From NCBI GenBank assembly GCA_016207165.1, contig JACQQD010000008.1:117447-181446 (forward strand): a stretch of DNA of 64,000 nucleotides, written 5' to 3'. A program made the position numbers and the translations under genes. The notes beneath the pieces were generated by a model. It searched no databases, was not told where the DNA came from, and saw nothing but the letters and a program-made list of their open reading frames with translations. How positions within the stretch are numbered: the first letter of the stretch is position 1; each line of letters opens with the position of its first letter. Below are positions 19,519-29,481 of this stretch, in pieces. Source of the DNA: Candidatus Micrarchaeota archaeon. Its GTDB lineage: Archaea; Micrarchaeota; Micrarchaeia; Norongarragalinales; Norongarragalinaceae.

Positions 19519-20784
19519 TTAACCGTCCAAGAGTTCTTTGGCGCGCTTTACGTTGACGTTTTTCTCTTTGGCCATGATGGCGGCGATGCGGTCAATGTCG
19601 TCGCCGGTTGCCCCGGCTTGCACGGCAATGTTGGCGGCGTGCAACTTCATGTGACCTTGCTGGATACCTGTCGTCGCCAAAGCGCGCATGGCCGCAAAGT
19701 TCTGCGCCAATCCAACGGATGCCAGGATTTCGCCGAGTTCTTTTGCGCTTGAAACCCCCAGAATCTTGAGGTTGGTTTTGGCCATGGGGTGGGTGCGCGT
19801 CGCGCCGCCGACGACTCCAACGGCCATGGGCAACTCGATTTCTCCGGTCAAGTCGCCGTCCTTGGTTTTCCAGTATCGCGTGAGGGTAGTGTATTGGCCG
19901 GTTTTCATGGCGTACACGTGTCCGCCGGCTTCCATGGCGCGCCAGTCGTTGCCTGTCGCCAAAACGACGGCGTCCATGCCGTTGAAGATGCCTTTGTTGG
20001 CGGTGCAGGCGCGGTACGCGTCGTTGGCGGCGAAGGCGTAGGCGTCAAGCATCGCTTCCACGATGGCTTCTCCGTTGAAAGCGCCTTTGGTGCTTTCCGC
20101 AAGGGCTTCTTTCGTCCAAGTGGCATGCGCTTTGGCGGTGCGGTGCACGGCCAAATTCGAGAGGATGCGGAGGCGGGCTTTGGCGCCGGTGATTTGCTCG
20201 ATTTTGGGGCTGATGGCTTCGCACATGGTGTTCACGGCGTTGGCGCCCATGGCGTCCTGGACGTTGACCAGCAAATGCAAGATGAGCATGTCGCCGCGGC
20301 TGGTTTTAATCACCCGGCTTTCCAGGTCCACGGCTCCACCGCCGCGGGAGACCATGACGGGGTCTTTTTCGTTGGCGGTTTCAAGCAATTCGCCCTTGTG
20401 TTTTTTGACGGCGGCTTGGGCTTTACGGAAATCCGGGACGTGCACCAACTGGATTTGGCCGATCATGATGGGTTGCGTGGTGGATGCCGTGAATCCTTTT
20501 GGGAGGCACAATTTGGCGGCGTGGCTGGCGGCCGCCACTACCGAGGGCTCTTCGACGACCATGGGGACGAGGCGTTCTTTGCCGTTGACTTTGAAGTGGT
20601 CGGCGATTCCCAACGGCAAAGGGTAGGCGCCCACCACGTTTTCGATCATGCGGTTGGCCGTGGATTCGTCCAATCCCCCAAACGTCTTGAGGCGCGCGAG
20701 GTCCTCGGCGTCCAATTTCGCCAGTGTGGCGACTTCCTCGGCGCGTTCTTGGGGTGACTTGTTCCTAAACTCTTTGGAGAGCAT
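19519..20784 (-). CDS. mvaA: HMG-CoA reductase, class II
   Basis: MIENVVG, EEPSVVAAAS, DAMGAN, NKGIFNG, GNDWRA, GIQQGHMKLH. Confidence 0.95.
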   Translation of the reverse strand: MLSKEFRNKSPQERAEEVATLAKLDAEDLARLKTFGGLDESTANRMIENVVGAYPLPLGIADHFKVNGKERLVPMVVEEPSVVAAASHAAKLCLPKGFTASTTQPIMIGQIQLVHVPDFRKAQAAVKKHKGELLETANEKDPVMVSRGGGAVDLESRVIKTSRGDMLILHLLVNVQDAMGANAVNTMCEAISPKIEQITGAKARLRILSNLAVHRTAKAHATWTKEALAESTKGAFNGEAIVEAMLDAYAFAANDAYRACTANKGIFNGMDAVVLATGNDWRAMEAGGHVYAMKTGQYTTLTRYWKTKDGDLTGEIELPMAVGVVGGATRTHPMAKTNLKILGVSSAKELGEILASVGLAQNFAAMRALATTGIQQGHMKLHAANIAVQAGATGDDIDRIAAIMAKEKNVNVKRAKELLDG

Positions 20785-20896
20785 GAAACCGTATTGGAGT
20801 CCTGGGGTTTCAAAAGGCTGCCGGGTGTTGGGCGATTGACGAAGGGTCTACGGGTTTTTATACGCGGATTGTCCAGAAAACGCTTGAACTGAATTA

Positions 20897-20987
20897 CAGT
20901 AAACCACGAATGTTTCCCGACAAAATAGTCGTGGTTTACTGTCTAGCAAACTCCGCCTATTCGTCGTGAAATTTGCGGGGTTTGCTA
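20897..20987. mobile_element. TA-flanked palindromic mini-element, copy B (91 bp), in the hmgR/hmgS intergenic region
   Basis: TA at 20895-96 and 20988-89; two inverted hairpin units; homologous to copies A and C. Confidence 0.8.
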
Positions 20988-21008
20988 TACTGGAAGGTTT
21001 ATTGTTCA

Positions 21009-22046
21009 ATGGCAGGCATCATCGGCTACGGCGTCTCCATTCCGCGCTTCCGCATCAAGACCGAGGAAATCGCGCGGGTGTGGGGCAAAAACGGGGCGCA
21101 CATCACCTCGGGTTTGGGCGTCAAAGAGAAAGCCGTAGCCAGCATCGACGAGGACTCCGCTACTCTGGCGGTGGAGGCCTCCCGGCGGGCCGTCCTTATG
21201 GCGGGCATTGACCCGCAGAAAATTGGCGCGGTGTACGTGGGCTCGGAATCCAAGCCGTATGCCGTCAAGCCCACGGCGTCCATTGTCGCGGATGCGTTGA
21301 TGGCTGGACCGGACCTCATGGCCGCCGACTATGAATTTGCGTGCAAGGCGGGAACGGCTGGAATGCAGAACTGCCTGGGTTTGGTGTTAAGTGGAATGGT
21401 GGACGTGGGACTGGCGGTAGGCGCCGACACCGCTCAGGGAAGGCCGGGGGATGCATTGGAGTTTTCGGCGGCCTCCGGCGGCGCCGCGTTTTTGGTGGGG
21501 TCCAAAAACGTGATCGCGGAAATCAATTGCACGTACTCGTTCACCACGGACACGCCGGACTTTTGGCGGCGCCAACACGCCGAGTTTCCGCAGCACGCCG
21601 GAAGGTTTACCGGCGAGCCCGCGTATTTTCGTCACGTGGTTTCCGGGGCCAAGGGCGTGATGAAAAAGGCGAAGACGAAACCCGAGGACTACCAGCATGC
21701 CGTGTTTCACCAGCCCAACGGGAAATTCCCTGAACGCGCGGGCCACATGCTGGGCTTTTCCAAGGAACAACTCCAAACCGGCTTGGTCACGCCGTCCATT
21801 GGCAACACGTATTCCGGCGCGTCCTTGATTGGCTTGGCGGCGGTGTTGGATGAAGCCAAACCCGGCGACCGCATCTTGTGCGTGTCGTATGGTTCGGGGG
21901 CGGGAAGCGACGGGTTTGACATCACGGTAACGCCGGAAATCAAGAACAAAAAGCCGGTGGTGTCCGTCAAGCAGTTGGTGGCGGATAAGCAGTACATCGA
22001 TTACGGGCTGTACGTCAAGCACCGGAGAAAACTCAAGAGTTTGTGA
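21009..22046 (+). CDS. HMG-CoA synthase (archaeal type)
   Basis: [49 protein letters not shown]. Confidence 0.95.
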   Translation: MAGIIGYGVSIPRFRIKTEEIARVWGKNGAHITSGLGVKEKAVASIDEDSATLAVEASRRAVLMAGIDPQKIGAVYVGSESKPYAVKPTASIVADALMAGPDLMAADYEFACKAGTAGMQNCLGLVLSGMVDVGLAVGADTAQGRPGDALEFSAASGGAAFLVGSKNVIAEINCTYSFTTDTPDFWRRQHAEFPQHAGRFTGEPAYFRHVVSGAKGVMKKAKTKPEDYQHAVFHQPNGKFPERAGHMLGFSKEQLQTGLVTPSIGNTYSGASLIGLAAVLDEAKPGDRILCVSYGSGAGSDGFDITVTPEIKNKKPVVSVKQLVADKQYIDYGLYVKHRRKLKSL

Positions 22047-22051
22047 GATTG

Positions 22052-23218
22052 ATGCGATCCGTTTCCGTTATTGGCGTGGGGCAAACCAAGTTCGGCGAGC
22101 ACTGGAACGATTCGCTTAGGGACTTGGTTACCGACGCGGGCGTGGCCGCCATTTCCGATGCGAACGTGGAAGGAAAGGACGTTCAAGCCGTTTTCGGCGG
22201 CTGCATGGCCGCCGGCCGCTTCATCGGCCAGGAGCACATCGGCGCGCTGTTGGCCGACCAAATGGGGTTGAACCCACTGCCGGCTGTACGCGTCGAGGCG
22301 GCGTGCGCGTCCGGCGGCGTGGCGCTTCGCATGGGGTACTTGGCTGTTGCTTCCGGCATGTACGACGTGGTGGCGGTGGCGGGTGTAGAGAAGATGACGG
22401 ATGTGTCCACCGAGGACGCCGCCGTGGCGTTGGCGGGCGCCGGCGACCAGGAGTGGGAGTTGTTCAATGGCGCGACGTTTCCCGCGATTTACGCGTTGAT
22501 GGCGCAGCGCCACATGCTTGATTTTGGGACGACGGAGGAGCAGATGGCGTTGTGTGCGGTCAAGAACCACGGCCATGCCGTGTCCAACCCGTATGCCCAG
22601 TTTCGTAAAGCCGTTTCCTTGGAGCAAGTCATGGATTCGGGGTACATTGCTTCTCCCCTCAAGTTGTTGGATTGCTCGCCGCTGACCGACGGCGCCGCCG
22701 CGTTGGTGTTGTGTGCATCCGAAAAAGCCAGTAAATTCACGGACAAGCCCGTGGACGTCATGGCTTCAACCCAGGCTTCCGACACGCTGGCTCTCCACGA
22801 ACGCGAGACGCTGACGGGGTTGAAGGCCACGCAGGTGGCCGGCAGGGACGCCTTCAAGCAAGCCGGCATTTCGCAGAAAGACGTGGATGTTTTGGAGTGC
22901 CATGACTGTTTCTCCATCGCGCAAATCATGGCGTTGGAGGACTTGGGTTTCTGCAGGAAGGGAACCGGCGGGAAATTCGTGGAAGAAGGCCGTTCGGACA
23001 AAGACGGCGAGATTCCGACGAATTTGTCCGGTGGGTTGAAAGCCGTCGGCCACCCGGTGGGCGCGTCGGGGGTTCGGGAAGCCATTGACGTGGTCCGGCA
23101 GTTGCGTGGCGACGCGCCGAAGGAAGTCCAATTGAAGGATGCAAAAATCGGTGTGTCGCACAACGTGGGCGGTTCCGGTGCCACGGTGGTCGTTCACGCA
23201 TTCAAGAGAGGATTTTGA
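22052..23218 (+). CDS. Acetoacetyl-CoA thiolase (archaeal)
   Basis: VEAACASG, GVEKMTD, DCSPLTDGAAA, ECHDCF, GHPVGASG, HNVGG. Confidence 0.95.
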   Translation: MRSVSVIGVGQTKFGEHWNDSLRDLVTDAGVAAISDANVEGKDVQAVFGGCMAAGRFIGQEHIGALLADQMGLNPLPAVRVEAACASGGVALRMGYLAVASGMYDVVAVAGVEKMTDVSTEDAAVALAGAGDQEWELFNGATFPAIYALMAQRHMLDFGTTEEQMALCAVKNHGHAVSNPYAQFRKAVSLEQVMDSGYIASPLKLLDCSPLTDGAAALVLCASEKASKFTDKPVDVMASTQASDTLALHERETLTGLKATQVAGRDAFKQAGISQKDVDVLECHDCFSIAQIMALEDLGFCRKGTGGKFVEEGRSDKDGEIPTNLSGGLKAVGHPVGASGVREAIDVVRQLRGDAPKEVQLKDAKIGVSHNVGGSGATVVVHAFKRGF

Positions 23219-23245
23219 TATGGTTGCGCGAGACGGGGTTTTGGC

Positions 23246-23656
23246 ATGAGGGAAGCCTTGCCTTTGATGTGGCGGAACATTGCGGAACGCTATAATTTGA
23301 TTGGCACGCACTGCGCCACCTGCGGCTCGAATTACTATCCCCAGCGAAAAGTCTGTCCCAAGTGCCGTCGGAAAGGTCAGCTTGAGGGCCGCGTGTTCCC
23401 TGGAAAAGGCGTGATTTTGTCGTCAAGCCAGGTCTTCGTTTCTCCGAAGGGCTTCGAGCACGAAACGCCGTATTGGCTGGCCGTCGTTGAATTGGACAAC
23501 CACGCTAAATTGTTGACGCAAGTCGTGGATTCCGCGGATGACCAAGTCAAGGCCGGCGCGCGGGTGGAAGTGGTTTTCCGCAAGATCTACGAAGACAGCC
23601 ACGAGGGAGCCATTGCCTACGGCTACAAATTCAAAGTCGTGCCCGGCGGCAAGTAG
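23246..23656 (+). CDS. DUF35 Zn-ribbon/OB-fold scaffold of the thiolase-HMGS complex
   Basis: CATC..YYPQR..CPKC; YGYKF C-terminus; directly follows the thiolase. Confidence 0.9.
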   Translation: MREALPLMWRNIAERYNLIGTHCATCGSNYYPQRKVCPKCRRKGQLEGRVFPGKGVILSSSQVFVSPKGFEHETPYWLAVVELDNHAKLLTQVVDSADDQVKAGARVEVVFRKIYEDSHEGAIAYGYKFKVVPGGK

Positions 23657-23678
23657 TTTTTCATTCGGGTGCTTTTGA

Positions 23679-23966
23679 GTGTCGCAGGAACCCCACTTGT
23701 ACTACTTTTTTGGGAGGGAATGCAGTTGGTGCGAGAAAATGCATCCGTTGGTGGATCTTTTTGAACACAAGGAAAACGTGAAATTCGTGCAACTGGAAGT
23801 CTGGCACAACACGCAAAACCAGGAGAAACTCAAGGAGTTCGCCGAAGCGATTCGGCCCGCGTGCGGGGGACGGTTGGCGGTTCCCGCGTTTTACAATTTG
23901 GAAACCAGAAAAGCCTTGTGCGGGTACGTGGACTACGAGGCGTTGAAAAAGTGGGCGTTGGGTTGA
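23679..23966 (+). CDS. Thioredoxin/glutaredoxin-like protein
   Basis: ECSWC, LEVWHN, VPAF. Confidence 0.8.
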   Translation: MSQEPHLYYFFGRECSWCEKMHPLVDLFEHKENVKFVQLEVWHNTQNQEKLKEFAEAIRPACGGRLAVPAFYNLETRKALCGYVDYEALKKWALG

Positions 23967-23972
23967 ATTGCT

Positions 23973-24410
23973 TCAGCCTTCCACGATGACGGTGCCTTTC
24001 ACGCCGGAATCAAGTTCTTCAAACGAGTACTCGCCGGGTTCGGTGAACTGTTTTTCGAATTTTTCTTTGTAATTGAGCGGTTCGGAGAGCTCTTCTTCCA
24101 GTGAAATTATTTTTTGCTTTTGGCTGTCGTAATTGATCCATTGCACGATGGTTCCTGTTTTGACGGTGGTGGTTTCCGGCGTCAATCCGTTTTCGGAGAG
24201 CAGGATTTGCCGGGCCAGGGTTTGCGGGTCCGGCGCGCTTTCAAGTTCGGAGGGTGGTTGGGCATCCAGGTTTTCTCCGGGGGTTATTTGGTCAACGGTT
24301 TGACTGATTCGGTTATCCAAGTCCCGGAACGAGGGCGAGTCGGAAATGGGTTGCGTCTGGACGCATCCCAGAAGAGCCAAACCCAAAACAAGCAGCATCC
24401 ATTTCATCAA
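23973..24410 (-). CDS. Lipoprotein with a cupredoxin-like fold
   Basis: Lipobox LLGC; VKTGTIVQWIN, FTEPGEY, KGTVIVE; canonical Cu ligands absent. Confidence 0.65.
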   Translation of the reverse strand: MMKWMLLVLGLALLGCVQTQPISDSPSFRDLDNRISQTVDQITPGENLDAQPPSELESAPDPQTLARQILLSENGLTPETTTVKTGTIVQWINYDSQKQKIISLEEELSEPLNYKEKFEKQFTEPGEYSFEELDSGVKGTVIVEG

Positions 24411-24416
24411 AAACGC

Positions 24417-26811
24417 TCACCTGGATAACGCTTGCAAGTCAAGATATTGGTCGTTGACCGTGCACCCTCGGCCGTCCACCCACTTGCAGAAATTGATTCC
24501 CAACGCGCCTCCTTGTCCGGTGCTACGGCATTGGGCCTCCGGAATTTTCTGGCATTGCTTCTCCAGTTGCGCAATGGCGGGATCGTTGTTGCGCACGGTT
24601 TCCGGAGTTGCAGCGTATGCGCCGGGGTTGGTGCAACATACTTCTTGGGGCGACTGGCAACTTTGGAATCCGTTGAATGCCTGAGCGATGGCTGGCACGA
24701 TGTACGCGTCGCTTCCGCCGAATTGGCGAGCCAGTTTCTTGACTTTCTCTTGGAATTGCCCGTCCCTGACGATGTCCTTGGCTTCCGTCATTTTCCTCCA
24801 GCCTGGTTCTTGAGAGGAAGTGGGGCATTGGGTGACGAAGCACTGCCCGCTTCTGTGTTCCAGCGTTACGTCAACAATGCCGCGGTAGGGCCACGTTTTT
24901 GGGTTATTGGAGTCATACAATCGGGGCTCGTAGCCGCGGTGCGTGATGACGTGGCCTGTGGACAATAGGTTCAGGTCGCCCACGCAAGCCCCTCGGCCTC
25001 GAATGGCGGGCGGAGCCGGCTGGGGTTTGGGTGGCGCCCCTTTCACGGTGACGACTTGGTTGTTCGTGCCCAAAATTTTTCGTTCGTCGTCTTGCTGGTA
25101 GGCTACGGTGGTAATAACGAAATATTTGCCTGGAGTTACCTGCAAATTCACTTGCTTTGCCGGTGGGCCTCGCTCCGAATATTGTCGTTTATACTCGGCA
25201 TCCGCAAAATAGGGCACGTTAAACTTGTTGGCCACGGTTTGGCGGTCGCTGAATCGCTGGACGACGATGTCGATGGTTGGGGCAACCGGGCCGGTGTAGT
25301 CGATGCGTGTGGTGACTACAACTATAGTCTCCACTGGATTTTACGCTAACACTTCGGAGTCGGCCTTCGCCTGGCAGCGACGACGCAGGTTCGGGTTCTT
25401 GAGGACCGGAAACCTGAACTTCCTTGGGCGTTTCGGTGGCCTCTTTGGGCGTTGTGGCCGGCGGCTCCGGCAAGTCCAGGTCCGCGGTTTGGCGGATGGT
25501 CAAGACCACGTATTGTTTGGGGATGCGTTCCAGCCATGGCGCGTCCAAGGGGTTGTCACCGTTTTTGACTTGGTCTTTGTAGGCGGCCGCAATTTGTTCA
25601 CGGGTGGGCCGGCTGAACATGAATTGGAGGGCGATTTTTTCCTTGGCTTCTTTTTCGCCAAGCTTAGCGCCGGCGGCCAAGCGGTCGGCGCTGGGAAGCG
25701 TCGACGTTTTTCCGTTGGAAAGCGCGACTTGAGAGACGATGTCGTTGCCTTGGAACGTGTTTTGCCCGCCGACGTTGAACGAATGGCCCCAAAAGTCCTT
25801 GAGCTTGAACCGGATGCCTCCGTCCTGCGAGGCGTCAATGATTTCAATGCGGTAACCTTGGCCGAATGTCAACGTCACCGGCGCGTTGGCGATTTGGCTG
25901 ACGTCCAGCAAGTATTGGGCGGTTTGTTGGGGTTTCACGTGGTGGGCGACGGCGGCCAGTTCCGGTGCGGCAAAGCGCTTGGGCGTTGGCTGGTAGCCCT
26001 TGGATTCGCCGCGGAAGACTTCCGGGTACGCGTCCATGAACACGGCGTAGTCGCCGTTGGGCGCGTATTGGAGTTGCGTTCGGCCACTCCACGAGAAAGC
26101 GGGCGACGTTCCCGTCGGTCTTCGGAGTCGTCCGGGGTTGACGCTGCGCCGGATTTCCAGCGAGTCGAAACGCGGAGCGGATCCGGCTATGGACTGGAAA
26201 GCGGCTTCGTCGAAAATCACGGGTTTGGCCATGGCCACGATTTTGGCGTTGTCGGCTTGGGCGTCAAGCCACCCGCCGCGGACCACGTCCGTGCTGTCGT
26301 AGCGGAGCGCAACCGAAGGGATGTGAAACAAAGGGTAGAACTGGCCATACGCCTTGGTGACTTCCTGTTTCAGTTGGGCGTCCGTTTTCGCGTTTAGTTC
26401 TTTGTCGATTCGCTCGGATTTGACGAAGTCGCTTGGGAAAGAGAGGGCGGTTTTCGGGGTCTTGGATTGCCAGACGCTGGCGTCGTTGCCGGCGGCACGG
26501 ATTTCAATGACTACGACGAATTCACTGCTTTTCGGGGACGCCAAAGGGGTGGCCTTGATCAGTTCGTCTTTGGATGCGTAGTTTTCCAAGGACAAGTCGG
26601 CTTGGATGTTCACGAAGTTTCTTTGTTCCGCCGACGTTTTTTCAACCAAAACGAATGCGCCATCGGTTTTTTCGACGGCGTCCACCGAATCCAGGGTGTA
26701 GGTTCCCCCGTCTGAAAGCGGGTGGAACGAGATGCTGACCGGCGCCGCGGATGCGGCGGACGCAAAAAGAATGAGGACGGCCAGGATGTGCCAAGCGGAC
26801 CGATCGTGCAT
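24417..26811 (-). CDS. Secreted hypothetical protein apparently split by a frameshift near 25330
   Basis: Signal-peptide ORF 25219-26811 loses protein-like character where the overlapping ORF 24417-25334 (Cys-rich C-terminus) opens. Confidence 0.6.
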
Positions 26812-26935
26812 GGTGTGTTATACGCGTTGAAAGCGCTTAAAAGGGTTTTGGGGTTTCCAGGTTCCGGCTTCGGAATCTTTTTAACCGCCCGAAGCCTGCT
26901 TGTTGTTCGGAAGGCCTTTTTCGGGCGGTTTTTTC

Positions 26936-27769
26936 ATGATCGGCATTTACTCGAATTTTGAAGAGTTTTCGAAAGTCGCCGAACAAATGGGCGTCAAGGA
27001 CGACTTGCGGGCGTTGTTGACGCTGAACCTCATCTTTTTCGAGCGGTACGAGGATTACTCGATTGTCAGCGTGAGGGATTACTCGGATTCGCCCAACAAC
27101 ATTCTGGTTTTGTCCAAGGACAAGACGGTTTTGTATTCGGAGAAGCAGATCACGCAACGCGATTTCCGGTTGTTCAAGTACACGGTGCAGAAGACGTACG
27201 GCGAGTCCACGGCCTTGACGCTTCTGGTTTTAAAGGAAGTGTTGCGGTCGTACACGAAGCATTTCGACAAGATCAATGCCGAGATCGACACGTATTCCGG
27301 GGTCAAGGACCTCGACAAAATCGAGTTGACCACCGTCAACTTGCGTAAACTCACGGTGGACGTGGAGGACTTCCAGAACTTGTTGTATACGTTGGAGGAC
27401 CGAAAAGTCCGGGAATTCCGCACCGAGTACTTGGAGTACGACTACGACTTGGTGTTGGCGCGCACCCAGCACTTGTTGGACCGGTGCCGGAACCACTTGC
27501 AGGAACTGCGCGACTTGCGGTCGGAAGTCGAGGTGCGGGCCACCGCCGACTTGAACCGGAGCATCAAGAGCTTGACGGTGGTCATGATGTTTTTGACCAT
27601 CATCACCGTGGTGTTGTCGGTTCCCAACACCGTGGCCACCGTGTTCGGCGTGCCTCCGATTGCCGCGTTGTACGACCCCCAGACGATTTTGGCCATCGTG
27701 GTTTTGTCCATGGTTGTGGCGGCGGCTTGGGGCGTGCATTACTGGACGAAAAAAAAGCTGGAGTTGTAG
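26936..27769 (+). CDS. CorA-family divalent cation transporter
   Basis: Helical stalk, LNRSIKSLT, two C-terminal TMs, VFGVP in place of GMN. Confidence 0.75.
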   Translation: MIGIYSNFEEFSKVAEQMGVKDDLRALLTLNLIFFERYEDYSIVSVRDYSDSPNNILVLSKDKTVLYSEKQITQRDFRLFKYTVQKTYGESTALTLLVLKEVLRSYTKHFDKINAEIDTYSGVKDLDKIELTTVNLRKLTVDVEDFQNLLYTLEDRKVREFRTEYLEYDYDLVLARTQHLLDRCRNHLQELRDLRSEVEVRATADLNRSIKSLTVVMMFLTIITVVLSVPNTVATVFGVPPIAALYDPQTILAIVVLSMVVAAAWGVHYWTKKKLEL

Positions 27770-27773
27770 CCGA

Positions 27774-28199
27774 ATGGAATCCTGGATTGTTTACGCGTTG
27801 GTCGCCGTCTTGTTGTTGGGCGTGTCGAACTTCTTGTTTAAAACAGTGGTCAACGCCGTTGAATCCGAGGACTTGAAGTTGGAGGCCGCGTGGCCGGTTT
27901 TGGCCGTTTTTTTTGGGGCGGCATTGCTGGTGGCGTTGGCTTACGTCTACTTCGTCATCCAGCCGCCCGCGACGCTGCTTTTGTCCGTGGCGGCGTTGGC
28001 GGTTCTGTCCATGGTCGCGGTGGGCTTCATCTTTTTGTCGCTCAAGACGGGCAAGGTGGCGGTGGTCACCGCTTTGCTTGGTTTGAGCGCCGTGGTCGTC
28101 GGCGTTTTGTCTTATGCCTTCTTGGGCGACCGGTTTTCGGCCAAGGAATTGGTGGGAATGGGTTTGGCGTTGGCGGCCGTGTGGGCGCTTGCCGCGTAA
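27774..28199 (+). CDS. EamA/DMT-family membrane protein
   Basis: 5 TMs; SLKTGKVAVVT, FLGDRFS. Confidence 0.8.
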   Translation: MESWIVYALVAVLLLGVSNFLFKTVVNAVESEDLKLEAAWPVLAVFFGAALLVALAYVYFVIQPPATLLLSVAALAVLSMVAVGFIFLSLKTGKVAVVTALLGLSAVVVGVLSYAFLGDRFSAKELVGMGLALAAVWALAA

Positions 28200-28206
28200 G
28201 GGGCGT

Positions 28207-29328
28207 TCAGTCTTTTTGGAGTTTGAGGACGTCGACTTTCCTGCCGTTCTCGAATTGGCGGAGTTTTCGGCGCGTGTGTCCGGGGTTGGGGTATCTTTTT
28301 TCGAGTTGTTTTCGCCGTTCCTGGAGTTGTCGGACGCGGTCGTCGCCTAAGGCGTTGGCCCCAATTTCAAGGGCGTTGTGGATTTGCTCCAATTCGTCCA
28401 AGTCGAGGTGGACTTCCATGTATTTTTCGTATTCGCGGCGGTCGTTGGCCAACCGGTTTTGCAGTTCCAGCCACTCGTCTTCTTTCCCTGGTTCCGGGGG
28501 CTCGTCGGCCAGCCGCGCCGTGCTTTGTTTGAAATAGGAGAACAGCCGTTCATGGCGTTCTTCGGGAGTTGCGGGAGCCTTTTGAGTTCGGGATGTCGCG
28601 GGAAGCGTTTTTTCAAGGACGTGCCAGACGCGTCCGCCGGTGGCCCTGGAAAGCATGCGATCGCCCCACAAGCGCAGGGCGTCTTGTTCGGTGCGGGGTC
28701 GCTTGGGCTGGGAAACCAATTCGCGCAAGGCGTCCAGCATCCGCAGCGTGATGGCCAGTCCCTGGAAGTTCTTCTCGATTTTCTGGCTTTCCTTGTGCAG
28801 GTGCTCCATGTTTTCTCGAATCTGTTCTTGGGTCAGCAAGCCGTCGTCGGGGCGCGGGTGCCGGACTAAATTCTTGGCTTTATAGAACAAGGGGTAGCGT
28901 TGCCTGCCGAGTTTTTCGTGCCACCTTCGCCGTACCAGCGTGCGGGCGGGTAAAAACAGGCCGCTGGCCGCGGAGTAGAAGAACATGTGTTCGGGGTCTC
29001 CCACGGCGTGCGAGAAGGCCGCTCCCAAAGCCGAGGCGTGAAGCACGTCGCTGAGTTTTACGGATTCGGCTTTTCCGGTGTCCGTGGGGATGGGCAGCGG
29101 GTTTTCGCCGCGGACGATGGACAGCCGCGTTTCCGGGTTCGCGACGATGGCTTTCAGCGCCAGGTGGACGTAGTATTCTTGTTCGACGTCGCGGATGCGG
29201 CTTTCCACGATTTTTCGGGCCCGATTCGCATCCCAGTCTTTCAGGCGCAACGCGTATTCCTTGAGCATCTGGTTGGAAATGGTCCGGAAGCGGGAGGGCA
29301 AAGGCGAGCGGAAGGGTTTTTCACGCAT
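28207..29328 (-). CDS. Hypothetical Arg/Glu-rich protein
   Basis: 373-aa ORF filling the gap; short hydrophobic hairpin. Confidence 0.65.
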   Translation of the reverse strand: MREKPFRSPLPSRFRTISNQMLKEYALRLKDWDANRARKIVESRIRDVEQEYYVHLALKAIVANPETRLSIVRGENPLPIPTDTGKAESVKLSDVLHASALGAAFSHAVGDPEHMFFYSAASGLFLPARTLVRRRWHEKLGRQRYPLFYKAKNLVRHPRPDDGLLTQEQIRENMEHLHKESQKIEKNFQGLAITLRMLDALRELVSQPKRPRTEQDALRLWGDRMLSRATGGRVWHVLEKTLPATSRTQKAPATPEERHERLFSYFKQSTARLADEPPEPGKEDEWLELQNRLANDRREYEKYMEVHLDLDELEQIHNALEIGANALGDDRVRQLQERRKQLEKRYPNPGHTRRKLRQFENGRKVDVLKLQKD

Positions 29329-29481
29329 ATGGCTTTCCTGGTGTTCCCTCCAATATTAGGCTTTTTTCTGGGGTCAAACCCAAGAAATAAAAGCCACCGC
29401 GGCAAAAATTTTTTCACGTTTCTTGGGCGGTGAAGCCGTTTATTGGTACGCGGCCCAATTGGTTTTCGAGGGATTTACTTT

